Below are positions 38,901 to 53,900 of a stretch of 64,000 nucleotides of DNA, in pieces. The notes beneath the pieces are model-generated. The model saw only the letters and a program-made list of their open reading frames with translations, was not told the DNA's origin and did no database searches. The translations under genes and the position numbers were made by a program. Each line of letters begins with the position of its first letter. Positions within the stretch are counted from its first letter, which is position 1. The DNA is from Balanoglossus misakiensis (Eukaryota > Animalia > Hemichordata), in contig CM082577.2 in NCBI GenBank assembly GCA_040954595.2, positions 17,439,500-17,503,499 of the forward strand, written 5' to 3'.

Positions 38901-41900
38901 ACGCCGATGTCAGCTAACCCGGCAGTACTGCAGGCCGTGCCCCCAACTAACGTCGGTGTTTGAAACGCCCTGATTAAATTCGGGCTTTCTCTATAAATTG
39001 ACAGGCAATAATGCAGTCCTACCCGAACAAATGTCGAGTGTTGACCCGCTGTGACTTTCCCTCTTCGGTTTGCCCGACTTAGCCAACGTCTTTGTACTAG
39101 AGTGTCGGGTCTTTTGCAGAGCCAGGCCGAAGGAAATCCGACTTGATCACCGTTGCTAACGAACGCTAGTGTCTGTCATGGTGTGCCGGGGTTTTAGTCG
39201 AGCCAGGCCGTAGGAGATCTGACTTGATCATCGTGGTCAATGTACGCGTGTTTCCGCTCTAAAGTGCCGGGGCTTCAGCTAAACCAGGCCGTAGGAAATC
39301 CGACGTAATCACCGTTGATAACTTACGCCAGTCTGTGTCATATAGAGCCGGTGCACCAGCCGAGTCACGCCGTAGGAAATCTGACTTGATCAACGTGGTC
39401 AATGTACGCCTGTTTCTGCTCTAGAGTGCCGGGGCTTCAGCTGAGCCAGGCCGTAGGAAACCCGACGTGATTACCGTTGTTAACTTACGCCAGTCTGTGT
39501 CCTATAGTGCCGGGGCATCAGCCGTGCCAGGCCGAAGGAAATGTGAGTTGATCAACGTGGTCTCTGTACGCGTGTTTCTGCTCTAGAGTGCCGGGGCTTT
39601 ATCCAAGCCATGCCGTAGAAAATCTGACTTGATCACCGTTGCTAACGTACGCTAGTGTCTGTCATATTGTGACGAAGATTTAGCCGAGCCAGGCCGTAGA
39701 AAAATCGACTTGTTCAACGTTACCAGTGTGCAACTGTTTCTGCTCTAGAATGTCAGGGTTTAAGCCGACTTATGCTGTAGGAAATCTGAGTTGATGAACG
39801 GGAATCCAATGTTAGAAAACCCGTGTGGAAAGTATCTCTACCCGTTTGAAACTAAGAAAAGAATTTATTCTTATTTATTTTGTAAAAAAGACAATTTTTC
39901 AAAAAAAAAGTCGAAAATGGTAATTTTGTCTTGGGTGATTCAAATTATCTCGCCTTTTCTGGAATTTGCAGCACTTTTTACAAGAGAACGACACTTCATG
40001 CTCCATAATATTTCTGAAAATGAAGAAAAGAGTTAATTTTTTATGATTTTTTAAAAATTTACCATTTTTGTCAAATATGGCCAAAATGGCTATTTTTTCT
40101 TGAATTCCGTCAATATCTTTGCATTTTTTGAGTGGTCGAAAGTTTTAACATACAATCAACATGTCATATATGATCAGGGCACCAAATTCGAAGAACAAAG
40201 GTTTTTTTATTATTTTTTCTAAAAATGACATTTTCAAGGAAAATTTGGTAAAACGCAATTTTGTCTGCAGTGAGCCAAATTAGACGGTCTTTTGTGGAAT
40301 TTGTATCGATATATACATACGAAGAGCATTCTATACTCCATCAGATTTCCGAAAATGTAGAAAACAGTTATTTTTTGTAATTTTCAAAAATTTACCATTT
40401 TGACCAAATTGTGGCTAAAATTGTTATTTTCGTGTTGAATGCCGCCAGTGTCACTGCTTTTAAAAGTCATAAAAACTTTGAACATACAAGCAATTGTTTA
40501 TATATGATCAGGTCACCGAATTAAAAAAATAAAGAATGTTTTGCCTAAAAATGACCTTTTTGGTGCAAAAACGCAATTTTGTATTAAATCAGCTCATTCA
40601 GAGTGCATTTTTTATAATCAGCACCATTTTTACATATAATGGAAATTTCATACATCATCAGATATCCAAATATGAAAAAATGATTTAGATTTTAGATGAT
40701 TGTCCAAAATTAGCTGATATCTAATAAATGTAGTATTGAACCGTTCTGTTTCCCCCCCCCCTACATTATATGCCGTACGCCGATGTCAGCTAACCCGGCA
40801 GTACTGCAGGCCGTGCCCCCAACTAACGTCGGTGTTTGAAACGCCCTGGTTAAATTCGGGCTTTCTCTATAAATTGACAGGCAATAATGCAGTCCTACCC
40901 GAACAAATGTCGAGTGTTGACACGCTGTGACTTTCCCTCTTCGGTTTGCCCGACTTAGCCAACGTCTTTGTACTAGAGTGTCGGGTCTTTTGCAGAGCCA
41001 GGCCGAAGGAAATCCGACTTGATCACCGTTGCTAACGAACGCTAGTGTCTGTCATGGTGTGCCGGGGTTTTAGTCGAGCCAGGCCGTAGGAGATCTGACT
41101 TGATCATCGTGGTCAATGTACGCGTGTTTCCGCTCTAAAGTGCCGGGGCTTCAGCTAAACCAGGCCGTAGGAAATCCGACGTAATCACCGTTGATAACTT
41201 ACGCCAGTCTGTGTCATATAGAGCCGGTGCACCAGCCAAGTCACGCCGTAGAAAAATCGACTTGTTCAACGTTACCAGTGTGCAACTGTTTCTGCTCTAG
41301 AGTGTCAGGGTTTAAGCCGACTTATGCTGTAGGAAATCTGAGTTGATGAACGGGAATCCAATGTTAGAAAACCCGTGTGGAAAGTATCTCTACCCGTTTG
41401 AAACTAAGAAAAGAATTTATTCTTATTTATTTTGTAAAAAAGACAATTTTTCGAAAAAAAGTCGAAAATGGTAATTTTGTCTTGGGTGATTCAAATTATA
41501 CCGCCTTTTCTGGAATTTGCAGCACTTTTTACAAGAGAACGACACTCCATGCTCCATAATATTTCTGAAAATGAAGGAAAGAGTTAATTTTTTATGATTT
41601 TTTAAATATTTACCATTTTTGTTAAAATATGGCCAAAATGGCTATTTTTTCTTGAATTCCGTCAATATCTCTGCATTTTTTGAGTGGTCGAAAGTTTTAA
41701 CATACAATCAACATGTCATATATGATCAGGGCACCAAATTCGAAGAACAAAGGTTTTTTTATTATTTTTTCTAAAAATGACATTTTCAAGGAAAATTTGG
41801 TAAAACGCAATTTTGTCTGCAGTGAGCCAAATTAGACGGTCTTTTGTGGAATTTGTATCGATATATACATACGAAGAGCATTCTATACTCCATCAGATTT

Positions 41901-44900
41901 CCGAAAATGTAGAAAACAGTTATTTTTTGTAATTTTCAAAAATTTACCATTTTGACCAAATTGTGGCTAAAATTGTTATTTTCGTGTTGAATGCCGCCAG
42001 TGTCACTGCTTTTAAAAGTCATAAAAACTTTGAACATACAAGCAATTGTTTATATATGATCAGGTCACCGAATTAGAAAAATAAAGAATGTTTTGCCTAA
42101 AAATGACCTTTTTGGTGCAAAAACGCAATTTTGTATTAAATCAGCTCATTCAGAGTGCATTTTTTTATAATCAGCACCATTTTTACATATAATAGAAATT
42201 TCATACATCATCAGATATCCAAATATGAAAAAATGATTTAGATTTTAGATGATTGTCCAAAATTAGCTGATATCTAATAAATGTAGTATTGAACCGTTCT
42301 GTTCCCCCCCCCCTACATTATATGCCGTACGCCGATGTCAGCTAACCCGGCAGTACTGCAGGCCGTGCCCCCAACTAACGTCGGTGTTTGAAACGCCCTG
42401 GTTAAATTCGGGCTTTCTCTATAAATTGACAGGCAATAATGCAGTCCTACCCGAACAAATGTCGAGTGTTGACCCGCTGTGACTTTCCCTCTTCGGTTTG
42501 CCCGACTTAGCCAACGTCTTTGTACTAGAGTGTCTGGTCTTTTGCAGAGCCAGGCCGAAGCAAATCCGACTTGATCACCGTTGCTAACGAACGCTAGTGT
42601 CTGTCATGGTGTGCCGGGGTTTTAGTCGAGCCAGGCCGTAGGAGATCTGACTTGATCATCGTGGTCAATGTACGCGTGTTTCCGCTCTAAAGTGCCGGGG
42701 CTTCAGCTAAACCAGGCCGTAGGAAATCCGACGTAATCACCGTTGATAACTTACGCCAGTCTGTGTCATATAGAGCCGGTGCACCAGCCGAGTCACGCCG
42801 TAGGAAATCTGACTTGATCAACGTGGTCAATGTACGCCTGTTTCTGCTCTAGAGTGCCGGGGCTTCAGCTGAGCCAGGCCGTAGGAAACCCGACGTGATT
42901 ACCGTTGTTAACTTACGCCAGTCTGTGTCCTATAGTGCCGGGGCATCAGCCGTGCCAGGCCGAAGGAAATGTGAGTTGATCAACATGGTCTCTGTACGCG
43001 TGTTTCTGCTCTAGAGTGCCTGGGCTTCAGCCAAGCTATGCCGTAGGAAATCTGACTTGATCAACGTTGCTACCGAACGCTAGTGTCTGTCATAGTGTGC
43101 CGGGGTTTTAGTCGAGCCAAGCCGTAGGAGATCAGACTTGATCAACATGGTCTCTGTACGCGTGTTTCTGCTCTAGAGTGCCGGGGCTTTATCCAAGCCA
43201 TGCCGTAGAAAATCTGACTTGATCACCGTTGCTAACGTACGCTAGTGTCTGTCATATTGTGACGGAGATTTAGCCGAGCCAGGCCGTAGAAAAATCGACT
43301 TGTTCAACGTTACCAGTGTGCAACTGTTTCTGCTCTAGAGTGTCAGGGTTTAAGCCGACTTATGCTGTAGGAAATCTGAGTTGATGAACGGGAATTCAAT
43401 GTTAGAAAACCCGTGTGGAAAGTATCTCTACCCGTTTGAAACTAAGAAAAGACTTTATTCCTATTTATTTTGTAAAAAAGACAATTTTTCGAAAAAAAGT
43501 CGAAAATGGTAATTTTGTCTTGGGTGATTCAAATTATACCGCCTTTTCTGGAATTTGCAGCACTTTTTACAAGAGAACGACACTTCATGCTCCATAATAT
43601 TTCTGAAAATGAAGAAAAGAGTTAATTTTTTATGATTTTTTAAAAATTTACAATTTTTGTCAAAATATGGCCAAAATGGCTATTTTTTCTTGAATTCCGT
43701 CAATATCTCTGCATTTTTTGAGTGGTCGAAAGTTTTAACATACAATCAACATGTCATATATGATCAAGGCACCAAATTCGAAGAACAAAGTTTTTTTTAT
43801 TATTTTTTCAAAAAATGACATTTTCAAGGAAAATTTGGTAAAATGCAATTTTGTCTGCAGTGAGCCAAATTAGACGGTCTTTTGTGGAATTTGTATCGAT
43901 ATATACATACGAAGACCATTCTATACTCCATCAGATTTCCGAAAATGTAGAAAACAGTTATTTTTTGTAATTTTCTAAAATTTACCATTTTGACCAAATT
44001 GTGGCTAAAATGGTTATTTTCGTGTTGAATGCCGCCAGTGTCACTGCTTTTAAAAGTCATAAAAACTTTGAACATACAAGCAATTGTTTATATATGATCA
44101 GGTCACCGAATTAAAAAAAATAAAGAATGTTTTGCCTAAAAATGACCTTTTTGGTGCAAAAACGCAATTTTGTATTAAATCAGCTCATTCAGAGTGCATT
44201 TTTTATAATCAGCACCATTTTTACATATAATGGAAATTTCATACATCATCAGATATCCAAATATGAAAAAATGATTTATATTTTAGATGATTGTCCAAAA
44301 TTAGCTGATATCTAATAAATGTAGTATTGAACCATTCTGTTCCCCCCCCCCCCCCTACGTTATATGCCGTACGCCGATGTCAGCTAACCCGGCAGTACTG
44401 CAGGCCGTGCCCCCAACTAACGTCGGTGTTTGAAACGCCCTGGTTAAATTCGGGCTTTCTCTATAAATTGACAGGCAATAATGCAGTCCTACCCGAACAA
44501 ATGTCGAGTGTTGACCCGCTGTGACTTTCCCTCTTCGGTTTGCCCGACTTAGCCAACGTCTTTGTACTAGAGTGTCGGGTCTTTTGCAGAGCCAGGCCGA
44601 AGGAAATCCGACTTGATCACCGTTGCTAACGAACGCTAGTGTCTGTCATGGTGTGCCGGGGTTTTAGTCGAGCCAGGCCGTAGGAGATCTGACTTGATCA
44701 TCGTGGTCAATGTACGCGTGTTTCCGCTCTAAAGTGCCGGGGCTTCAGCTAAACCAGGCCGTAGGAAATCCGACGTAATCACCGTTGATAACTTACGCCA
44801 GTCTGTGTCATATAGAGCCGGTGCACCAGCCGAGTCACGCCGTAGGAAATCTGACTTGATCAACGTGGTCAATGTACGCCTGTTTCTGCTCTAGAGTGCC

Positions 44901-47900
44901 GGGGCTTCAGCTGAGCCAGGCCGTAGGAAACCCGACGTGATTACCGTTGTTAACTTACGCCAGTCTGTGTCCTATAGTGCCGGGGCATCAGCCGTGCCAG
45001 GCCGAAGGAAATGTGAGTTGATCAACGTGGTCTCTGTACGCGTGTTTCTGCTCTAGAGTGCCTGGGCTTTAGCCAAGCTATGCCGTAGGAAATCTGACTT
45101 GATCAACGTTGCTACCGAACGCTAGTGTCTGTCATAGTGTGCCGGGGTTTTAGTCGAGCCAAGCCGTAGGAGATCAGACTTGATCAACATGGTCTCTGTA
45201 CGCGTGTTTCTGCTCTAGAGTGCCGGGGCTTTATCCAAGCCATGCCGTAGAAAATCTGACTTGATCACCGTTGCTAACGTACGCTAGTGTCTGTCATATT
45301 GTGACGGAGATTTAGCCGAGCCAGGCCGTAGACAAATCGACTTGTTCAACGTTACCAGTGTGCAACTGTTTCTGCTCTAGAGTGTCAGGGTTTAAGCCGA
45401 CTTATGCTGTAGGAAATCTGAGTTGATGAACGGGAATTCAATGTTAGAAAACCCGTGTGGAAAGTATCTCTACCCGTTTGAAACTAAGAAAAGAATTTAT
45501 TCTTATTTATTTTGTAAAAAAGACAATTTTTCGAAAAAAAGTCGAAAATGGTAATTTTGTCTTGGGTGATTCAAATTATACCGCCTTTTCTGGAATTTGC
45601 AGCACTTTTTACAAGAGAACGACACTTCATGCTCCATAATATTTCTGAAAATGAAGAAAAGAGTTAACGTTTTTATGATTTTTTAAAAATTTACCATTTT
45701 TGTCAAAATATGGCCAAAATGGCTATTTTTTCTTGAATTCCGTCAATATCTCTGCATTTTTTGAGTGGTCGAAAGTTTTAACATACAATCAACATGTCAT
45801 GTATGATCAGGGCACCAAATTCGAAGAACAAAGGTTTTTTTATTATTTTTTCTAAAAATGACATTTTTAAGGAAAATTTGGTAAAACGCAATTTTGTCTG
45901 CAGTGAGCCAAATTAGACGGTCTTTTGTGGAATTTGTATCGATATATACATACGAAGAGCATTCTATACTCCATCAGATTTCCGAAAATGTAGAAAACAG
46001 TTATTTTTTGTAATTTTCAAAAATTTACCATTTTGACCAAATTGTGGCTAAAAATGTTATTTTCGTGTTGAATGCCGCCAGTGTCACTGCCTTTAAAAGT
46101 CATAAAAACTTTGAACATACAAGCAATTGTTTATATATGATCAGGTCACCGAATTAAAAAAATAAAGAATGTTTTGCCTAAAAATGACCTTTTTGGTGCA
46201 AAAACGAATAAAACGCAATTTTGTATTAAATCAGCTCATTCAGAGTGCATTTTTTATAATCAGCACCATTTTTACATATAATGGAAATTTCATACATCAT
46301 CAGATATCCAAATATGAAAAAATGATTTAGATTTTAGATGATTGTCCAAAATTAGCTGATATGTAATAAATGTAGTATTAAACCGTTCTGTTTCCCCCCC
46401 CCCCCCTACATTATATGTGGTACGCCGATGTCAGCTTACCCGGCAGTACTGCAGGCCGTGCCCCCAACTAACGTCGGTGTTTGAAACGCCCTGGTTAAAT
46501 TCGGGCTTTCTCTATAAATTGACAGGCAATAATGCAGTCCTACCCGAACAAATGTCGAGTGTTGACCCGCTGTGACTTTCCCTCTTCGGTTTGCCCGACT
46601 TAGCCAACGTCTTTGTACTAGAGTGTCGGGTCTTTTGCAGAGCCAGGCCGAAGGAAATCCGACTTGATCACCGTTCCTAACGAACGCTAGTGTCTGTCAT
46701 GGTGTGCCGGGGTTTTAGTCGAGCCAGGCCGTAGGAGATCTGACTTGATCATCGTGGTCAATGTACGCGTGTTTCCGCTCTAAAGTGCCGGGGCTTCAGC
46801 TAAACCAGGCCGTAAGAAATCCGACGTAATCACCGTTGATAACTTACGCCAGTCTGTGTCATATAGAGCCGGTGCACCAGCCGAGTCACGCCGTAGGAAA
46901 TCTGACTTGATCAACGTGGTCAATGTACGCCTGTTTCTGCTCTAGAGTGCCGGGGCTTCAGCTGAGCCAGGCCGTAGGAAACCCGACGTGATTACCGTTG
47001 TTAACTTACGCCAGTCTGTATCCTATAGTGCCGGGGCATCAGCCGTGCCAGGCCGAAGGAAATGTGAGTTAATCAACGTGGTCTCTGTACGCGTGTTTCT
47101 GCTCTAGAGTGCCTGGGCTTCAGCCAAGCTATGCCGTAGGAAATCTGACTTGACCAACGTTGCTACCGAACGCTAGTGTCTGTCATAGTGTGCCGGGGTT
47201 TTAGTCGAGCCAAGCCGTAGGAGATCAGACTTGATCAACATGGTCTCTGCACGCGTGTTTCTGCTCTAGAGTGCCGGGGCTTTATCCAAGCCATGCCGTA
47301 GAAAATCTGACTTGATCACCGTTGCTAACGTACGCTAGTGTCTGTCATATTGTGACGGAGATTTAGCCGAGCCAGGCCGTAGAAAAATCGACTTGTTCAA
47401 CGTTACCAGTGTGCAACTGTTTCTGCTCTAGAGTGTCAGGGTTTAAGCCGACTTATGCTGTAGGAAATCTGAGTTGATGAACGGGAATTCAATGTTAGAA
47501 AACCAGTGTTGAAAGTATCTCTACCCGTTTGAATCTAAGAAAAGAATTTATTCTTATTTATTTTGTAAAAAAAGACAATTTTTCGAAAAAAAGTCGAAAA
47601 TGGTAATTTTGTCTTGGGTGATTCAAATTATACCGCCTTTTCTGGAATTTGCAGCACTTTTTACAAGAGAACGACACTTCATGCTCCATAATATTTCTGA
47701 AAATGAAGAAAAGAGTTAATTTTTTATGATTTTTTAAAAATTTACCATTTTTGTCAAAATATGGCCAAAATGGCTATTTTTTCTTGAATTTCGTCAATAT
47801 CTCTGCATTTGTGGTCGAAAGTTTTAACATACAATCAACATGTCATATATGATCAGGGCACCAAATTCGAAGAACAAAGGTTTTTTTATTATTTTTTCTA

Positions 47901-50900
47901 AAAATGACATTTTCAAGGAAAATTTGGTAAAACGCAATTTTGTCTGCAGTGAGCCAAATTAGACGGTCTTTTGTGGAATTTGTATCGATATATACATACG
48001 AAGAGCATTCTATACTCCATCAGATTTCCGAAAATGTAGAAAACAGTTATTTGTTGTAATTTTCAAAAATTTACCATTTTGACCAAATTGTGGCTAAAAT
48101 TGTTATTTTCGTGTTGAATGCCGCCAGTGTCACTGCTTTTAAAAGTCATAAAAACTTTGAACATACAAGCAATTGTTTATATATGATCAGGTCACCGAAT
48201 TAAAAAAATAAAGAATGTTTTGCCTAAAAATGACCTTTTTGGTGCAAAAACGAATAAAACGCAATTTTGTATTAAATCAGCTCATTCAGAGTGCATTTTT
48301 TATAATCAGCACCATTTTTACATATAATGGAAATTTCAAACATCATCAGATATCCAAATATGAAAAAATGATTTAGATTTTAGTTGATTGTCCAAAATTA
48401 GCTGATATCTAATAAATGTAGTATTGAACCGTTCTGTTCCCCCCCCCCCCCCTACATTATATGCGGTACGCCGATGTCAGCTTACCCGGCAGTACTGCAG
48501 GCCGTGCCCCCAACTAACGTCGGTGTTTGAAACGCCCTGGTTAAATTCGGGCTTTCTCTATAAATTGACAGGCAATAATGCAGTCCTACCCGAACAAATG
48601 TCGAGTGTTGACCCGCTGTGACTTTCCCTCTTCGGTTTGCCCGACTTAGCCAACGTCTTTGTACTAGAGTGTCGGGTCTTTTGCAGAGCCAGGCCGAAGG
48701 AAATCCGACTTGATCACCGTTGCTAACGAACGCTAGTGTCTGTCATGGTGTGCCGGGGTTTTAGTCGAGCCAGGCGGTAGGAGATCTGACTTGATCATCG
48801 TGGTCAATGTACGCGTTTTTCCGCTCTAAAGTGCCGGGGCTTCAGCTAAACCAGGCCGTAGGAAATCCGACGTAATCACCGTTGATAACTTACGCCAGTC
48901 TGTGTCATATAGAGCCGGTGCACCAGCCGAGTCACGCCGTAGGAAATCTGACTTGATCAACGTGGTCAATGTACGCCTGTTTCTGCTCTAGAGTGCCGGG
49001 GCTTCAGCTGAGCCAGGCCGTAGGAAACCCGACGTGATTACCGTTTCTTACGAACGCTAGTGTCTGTCATGGTGTGCCAGGGTTTTAGTCGAGCCAGGCC
49101 GTAGGAGATCTGACTTGATCATCGTGGTCAATGTACGCGTTTTTCCGCTCTAAAGTGCCGGGGCTTCAGCTAAACCTGGCCGTAGGAAATCCGACGTAAT
49201 CACCGTTGATAACTTACGCCAGTCTGTGTCATATACAGCAGGTGCACCAGCCGAGTCACGCCGTAGGAAATCTGACTTGATCAACGTGGTCAATGTACGC
49301 CTGTTTCTTCTCTAGAGTGCCGGGCTTCAGCTGAGCCAGGCCGTAGGAAACCCGACGTGATTACCGTTGTTAACTTACGCCAGTCTGTGTCCTATAGTCC
49401 CGGGGCATCAGCCATGCCAGGCCGAAGGAAATGTGAGTTGATCAACGTGGTCTCTGTACGCGTGTTTCTGCTCTAGAGTGCCTGGGCTTTAGCCAAGCTA
49501 TGCCGTAGGAAATCTGACTTGATCAACGTTGCTACCGAACGCTAGAGTCTGTCATAGTGTGCCGGGGTTTTAGTCGAGCCAAGCCGTGGGAGATCAGACT
49601 TGATCAACGTGGTCTCTGTACGCGTGTTTCTGCTCTAGAGTGCCGGGGCTTTATCCAAGCCATGCCGTAGAAAATCTGACTTGATCACCGTTGCTAACGT
49701 ACGCTAGTGTCTGTCATATTGTGACGGAGATTTAGCCGAGCCAGGCCGTAGAAAAATCGACTTGTTCAACGTTACCAGTGTGCAACTGTTTCTGCTCTAG
49801 AGTGTCAGGGTTTTATCTGACTTATGCTGTAGGAAATCTGAGTTGATGAACGGGAATTCAATGTTAGAAAACCCGTGTGGAAAGTATCTCTACCCGTTTG
49901 AAACTAAGAAAAGAATTTATTCTTATTTATTTTGTAAAAAAGACAATTTTTCGAAAAAAAGTCGAAAATGGTAATTTTGTCTTGGGTGATTCAAATTATA
50001 CCGCCTTTTCTGGAATTTGCAGCACTTTTTACAAGAGAACGACACTTCATGCTCCATAATATTTCCGAAAATGAAGGAAAGAGTTAATTTTTATGATTTT
50101 TTAAAAATTTACCATTTTTGTCAAAATATGGCCAAAATGACTATTTTTACTTGAATTCCGTCAATATCTCTGCATTTTTGGAGTGGTCGAAACTTTTAAC
50201 ATACAATCAACATGTCATATATAATCAGAGCACCAACTTCGAAGAACAAGGGTTTTTTTTTTTTTCTAAAAATGACATTTTCAAGGAAAATTTGGTAAAA
50301 CGCAATTTTGTCTGCAGTGAGCCAAATTAGACTGTCTTTTGTGGAAATTGTATCGATATATACATACGAAGGGCAATCTATACTCCATCAGATTACCGAA
50401 AATGTAGAAAACAGTTATTTTTCGTAATTTTCAAAAATTTACCATTTTTGACCAAAATGTGGCTAAAATGGTTATTTTCGTCTTGAATGCCGCCAGTGTC
50501 ACTGCTTTTAAGAGTCATAAAACTTTTAACATACAAGCAATTGTTTATATATGATCAGGTCACCGAATTAAAAAATTAAACAATGTTTTGCCTAAAAATG
50601 ACCTTTTTAGTGCAAAAATGAATAAAACGCAATTTTGTATTAAATCAGCTCATTCAGAGTGCATTTTTAGAATCAGCACCATTTTGACATATTATGGACA
50701 TTTCATACATCATCAGATATCCAAATATGAAAAAATGATTTAGATTTTAGATGATTGTCCAAAATTAGCTGATATCTAATAAATGTAGTATTGAACCGTT
50801 CTGTTTACCCCCCCCCCCCCCTACATTATATGCGGTACGCCGATGTCAGCTTACCCGGCAGTACTGCAGGCCATGCCCCCAACTAACATTGGTGTTTGAA

Positions 50901-53900
50901 ACGCCCTGGTTAAATTCGGGCTTTCTCTATAAATTGACAGGCAATAATGCAGTCCTACCCGCACAACCCGCTGTGACTTTCCCTCTTCGGTTTGTCCGAC
51001 TTAGCCAACGTCTTTGTGCTACAGTGTCGGGGCTTCAGCTGAGCCAGGCCGAAGGAAATCCGACTTGATCACCGTTGCTAACGAACGCTAGTGTCTGTCA
51101 TGGTGTGCCGGGGTTTTAGTCGAGCCAGGCCGTAGGAGATCAGACTTAATAATCACGGTCAATGTACGCGTGTTTCCGCTCTAAAGTGCCGGGGCTTCAG
51201 CTAAGCCAGGCCGTAGGAAATCCGACGTAATCACCGTTGATAACTTACGCCAGTCTGTGTCATACAGAGCCGGTGCACCAGCTGAGTCACGCCGTAGGAA
51301 ATCTGACTTGATCAACGTGGTCAATGTACGCATGTTTCTGCTCTAGAGTGCCGGGGCTTCAGCTGAGCCAGGCCGTAGGAAACCCGACGTGATTACCGTT
51401 GTCAACTTACGCCAGTCTGTGTACTATATAAAGTGCCGGGGCATCGGTCGTGCCAGGCCGAGGGAAATGTGAGTTTATCAACGTGGTCTCTGTACGCGTG
51501 TTTCTGGTCTAGAGTGCCAGGGCTTTAGCCAAGCCATGCCGTAGGAAATCTGACTTGATCAACGTTGCTAACGAACGCTAGTGTCTGTCATAGTGTGCCG
51601 GGGTTTTAGTCGAGCCAAGCCGTAGGAGATCAGGCTTGATCAACGTGGTCTCTGTACGCGTGTTTCTGCTCTAGAGTGCCAGGGCTTTAGCCAAGCCATG
51701 CCGTAGGAAATCTGACTTGATCAACGTTGCTAACGAACGCTAGTGTCTGTCATAGTGTGCCGGGGTTTTAGTCGAGCCAAGCCGTAGAAAATCTGACTTG
51801 ATCACCGTTGCTAACGTACGCTAGTGTCTGTCATATTGCGACGGAGATTTAGCCGAGCCAGGCCATAGAAAAATCGACTTGTTCAACGTTACCAGTGTGC
51901 AACTGTTTCTGCACTAGAGTGTCAGGGTTTTAGCCGACTAGGAAATCTGAGTTGATGAACGGGAATTCAATGTTAGAAAACCCGAGTGAAAAGTATCTCT
52001 ACCCGTTTGAAACTAAGAAAAGAATTTATTCTTATTTATTTTGTAAAAGAGACAATTTTTCGTAAAAAATCGAAAATGGTAATTTTGTCTTGGGTGATTC
52101 AAATTATACCGCCTTTTCTGGAATTTGCAGCACTTTTTACAAGAGAACGACACTTCATGCTCCATAATATTTCCGAAAATGAAGAAAAGAGTTAATTTTT
52201 TATGATTTTTTAAAAATTTACCATTTTTGTCAAAATATGGCCAAAATGACTATTTTTTCTTGAATTCCGTCAATATCTCTGCATTTTTGGAGTGGTCGAA
52301 ACTTTTAACATACAATCAACATGTCATATATAATCAGGGCACCGAATTCGAAGAACAATTAAAGCTTTTTTTAATTGTTTTTCTAAAAATGACATTTTCA
52401 AGCAAAATTTGATAACATGCAATTTTGTCAGCAGTGAGCCTAATTAGACTGTCTTTTGTGGAATTTGTATCGTTATATACATACGAAGGGCATTCTATAC
52501 TCCATCAGATTACCGAAAATGTAGAAAACAGTTATTTTTCGTAATTTTCAAAAATTTACCATTTTTGACCAAAATGTGGCTAAAATGGTTATTTTCGTGT
52601 TGAATGCCGCCAGTGTCACTGCTTTTAAAAGTCATAAAAACTTTTAACATACAAGCAATTGTTTATATATGATCAGGTCACCGAATTAAAAAAATAAAGA
52701 ATGTTTTGCCTAAAAATGACCTATTTAGTGCAAAAATGAATAAATCGCAATTCTGTATTAAATCAGCTCATTCAGAGTGCATTTTTTAGAATCAGCACCA
52801 TTTTTACATATAATGGAAATTTCATACATCATCAGATATCCTAATATGAAAAAATTATTTACATTTTAGATGATTGTCCAAAATTAGCTGATATCTAATA
52901 AATGTAGTATTGAACCGTTCAGTTTGCCCCCCCCCCCCCCCTACATTATATGCGGTACGCCGATGTCAGCTTACCCGGCAGTACTGCAGGCCGTGCCCCC
53001 AACTAACGTCGGTGTTTGAAACGCCCTGGTTAAATTCGGGCTTTCTCTATAAATTGACAGGCAATAATGCAGTCCTACCCGAACAACCCGCTGTGACTTT
53101 CCCTCTTCGGTTTGTCCGACTTAGCCAACGTCTTTGTGCTAGAGTGTCGGGGCTTCAGCTGAGCCAGGCCGAAGGAAATCCGACTTGATCACCGTTGCTA
53201 ACGAACGCTAGTGTCTGTCATGGTGTGCCGGGGTTTTAGTCGAGCCAGGCCGTAGGAGATCAGACTTGATAATCACGGTCAATGTACGCGTGTTTCCGCT
53301 CTAAAGTGCCGGGGCTTCAGCTAAGCCAGGCCCTAGGAAATCCGACGTAGTCACCGTTGATAACTTACGCCAGTCTGTGTTATATAGAGCCAGTGCACCA
53401 GCTGATTCACGCCGTAGGAAATCTGACTTGATCAACGTGGTCAATGTACACCTGTTTCTGCTCTAGAGTGCCGGGGCTTCAGCTGAGCCAGGCCGTAGGA
53501 AACCCGACGTGATTACCGTTGTCAACTTACGCCAGTCTGTGTACTATATATAGTGCCGGGGCATCAGTCGTGCCAGGCCGAGGGAAATGTGAGTTGATCA
53601 ACGTGGTCTCTGTACGCGTGTTTCTGTTCTAGAGTGCCAGGGCTTTAGCCAAGCCATGCCGTAGGAAATCTGACTTGATCAACGTTGCTACCGAACGCTA
53701 GTGTCTGTCATAGTGTGCCGGGGTTTTAGTCGAGCCAAGCCGTAGGAGATCAGGCTTGATCAACGTGGTCTCTGTACGCGTGTTTCTGCTCTAGAGTGCC
53801 AGGGCTTTAGCCAAGCCATGCCGTAGAAAATCTGACTTGATCACCGTTGCTAACGTACGCTAGTGTCTGTCATATTGCGACGGAGATTTAGCCGAGCCAG

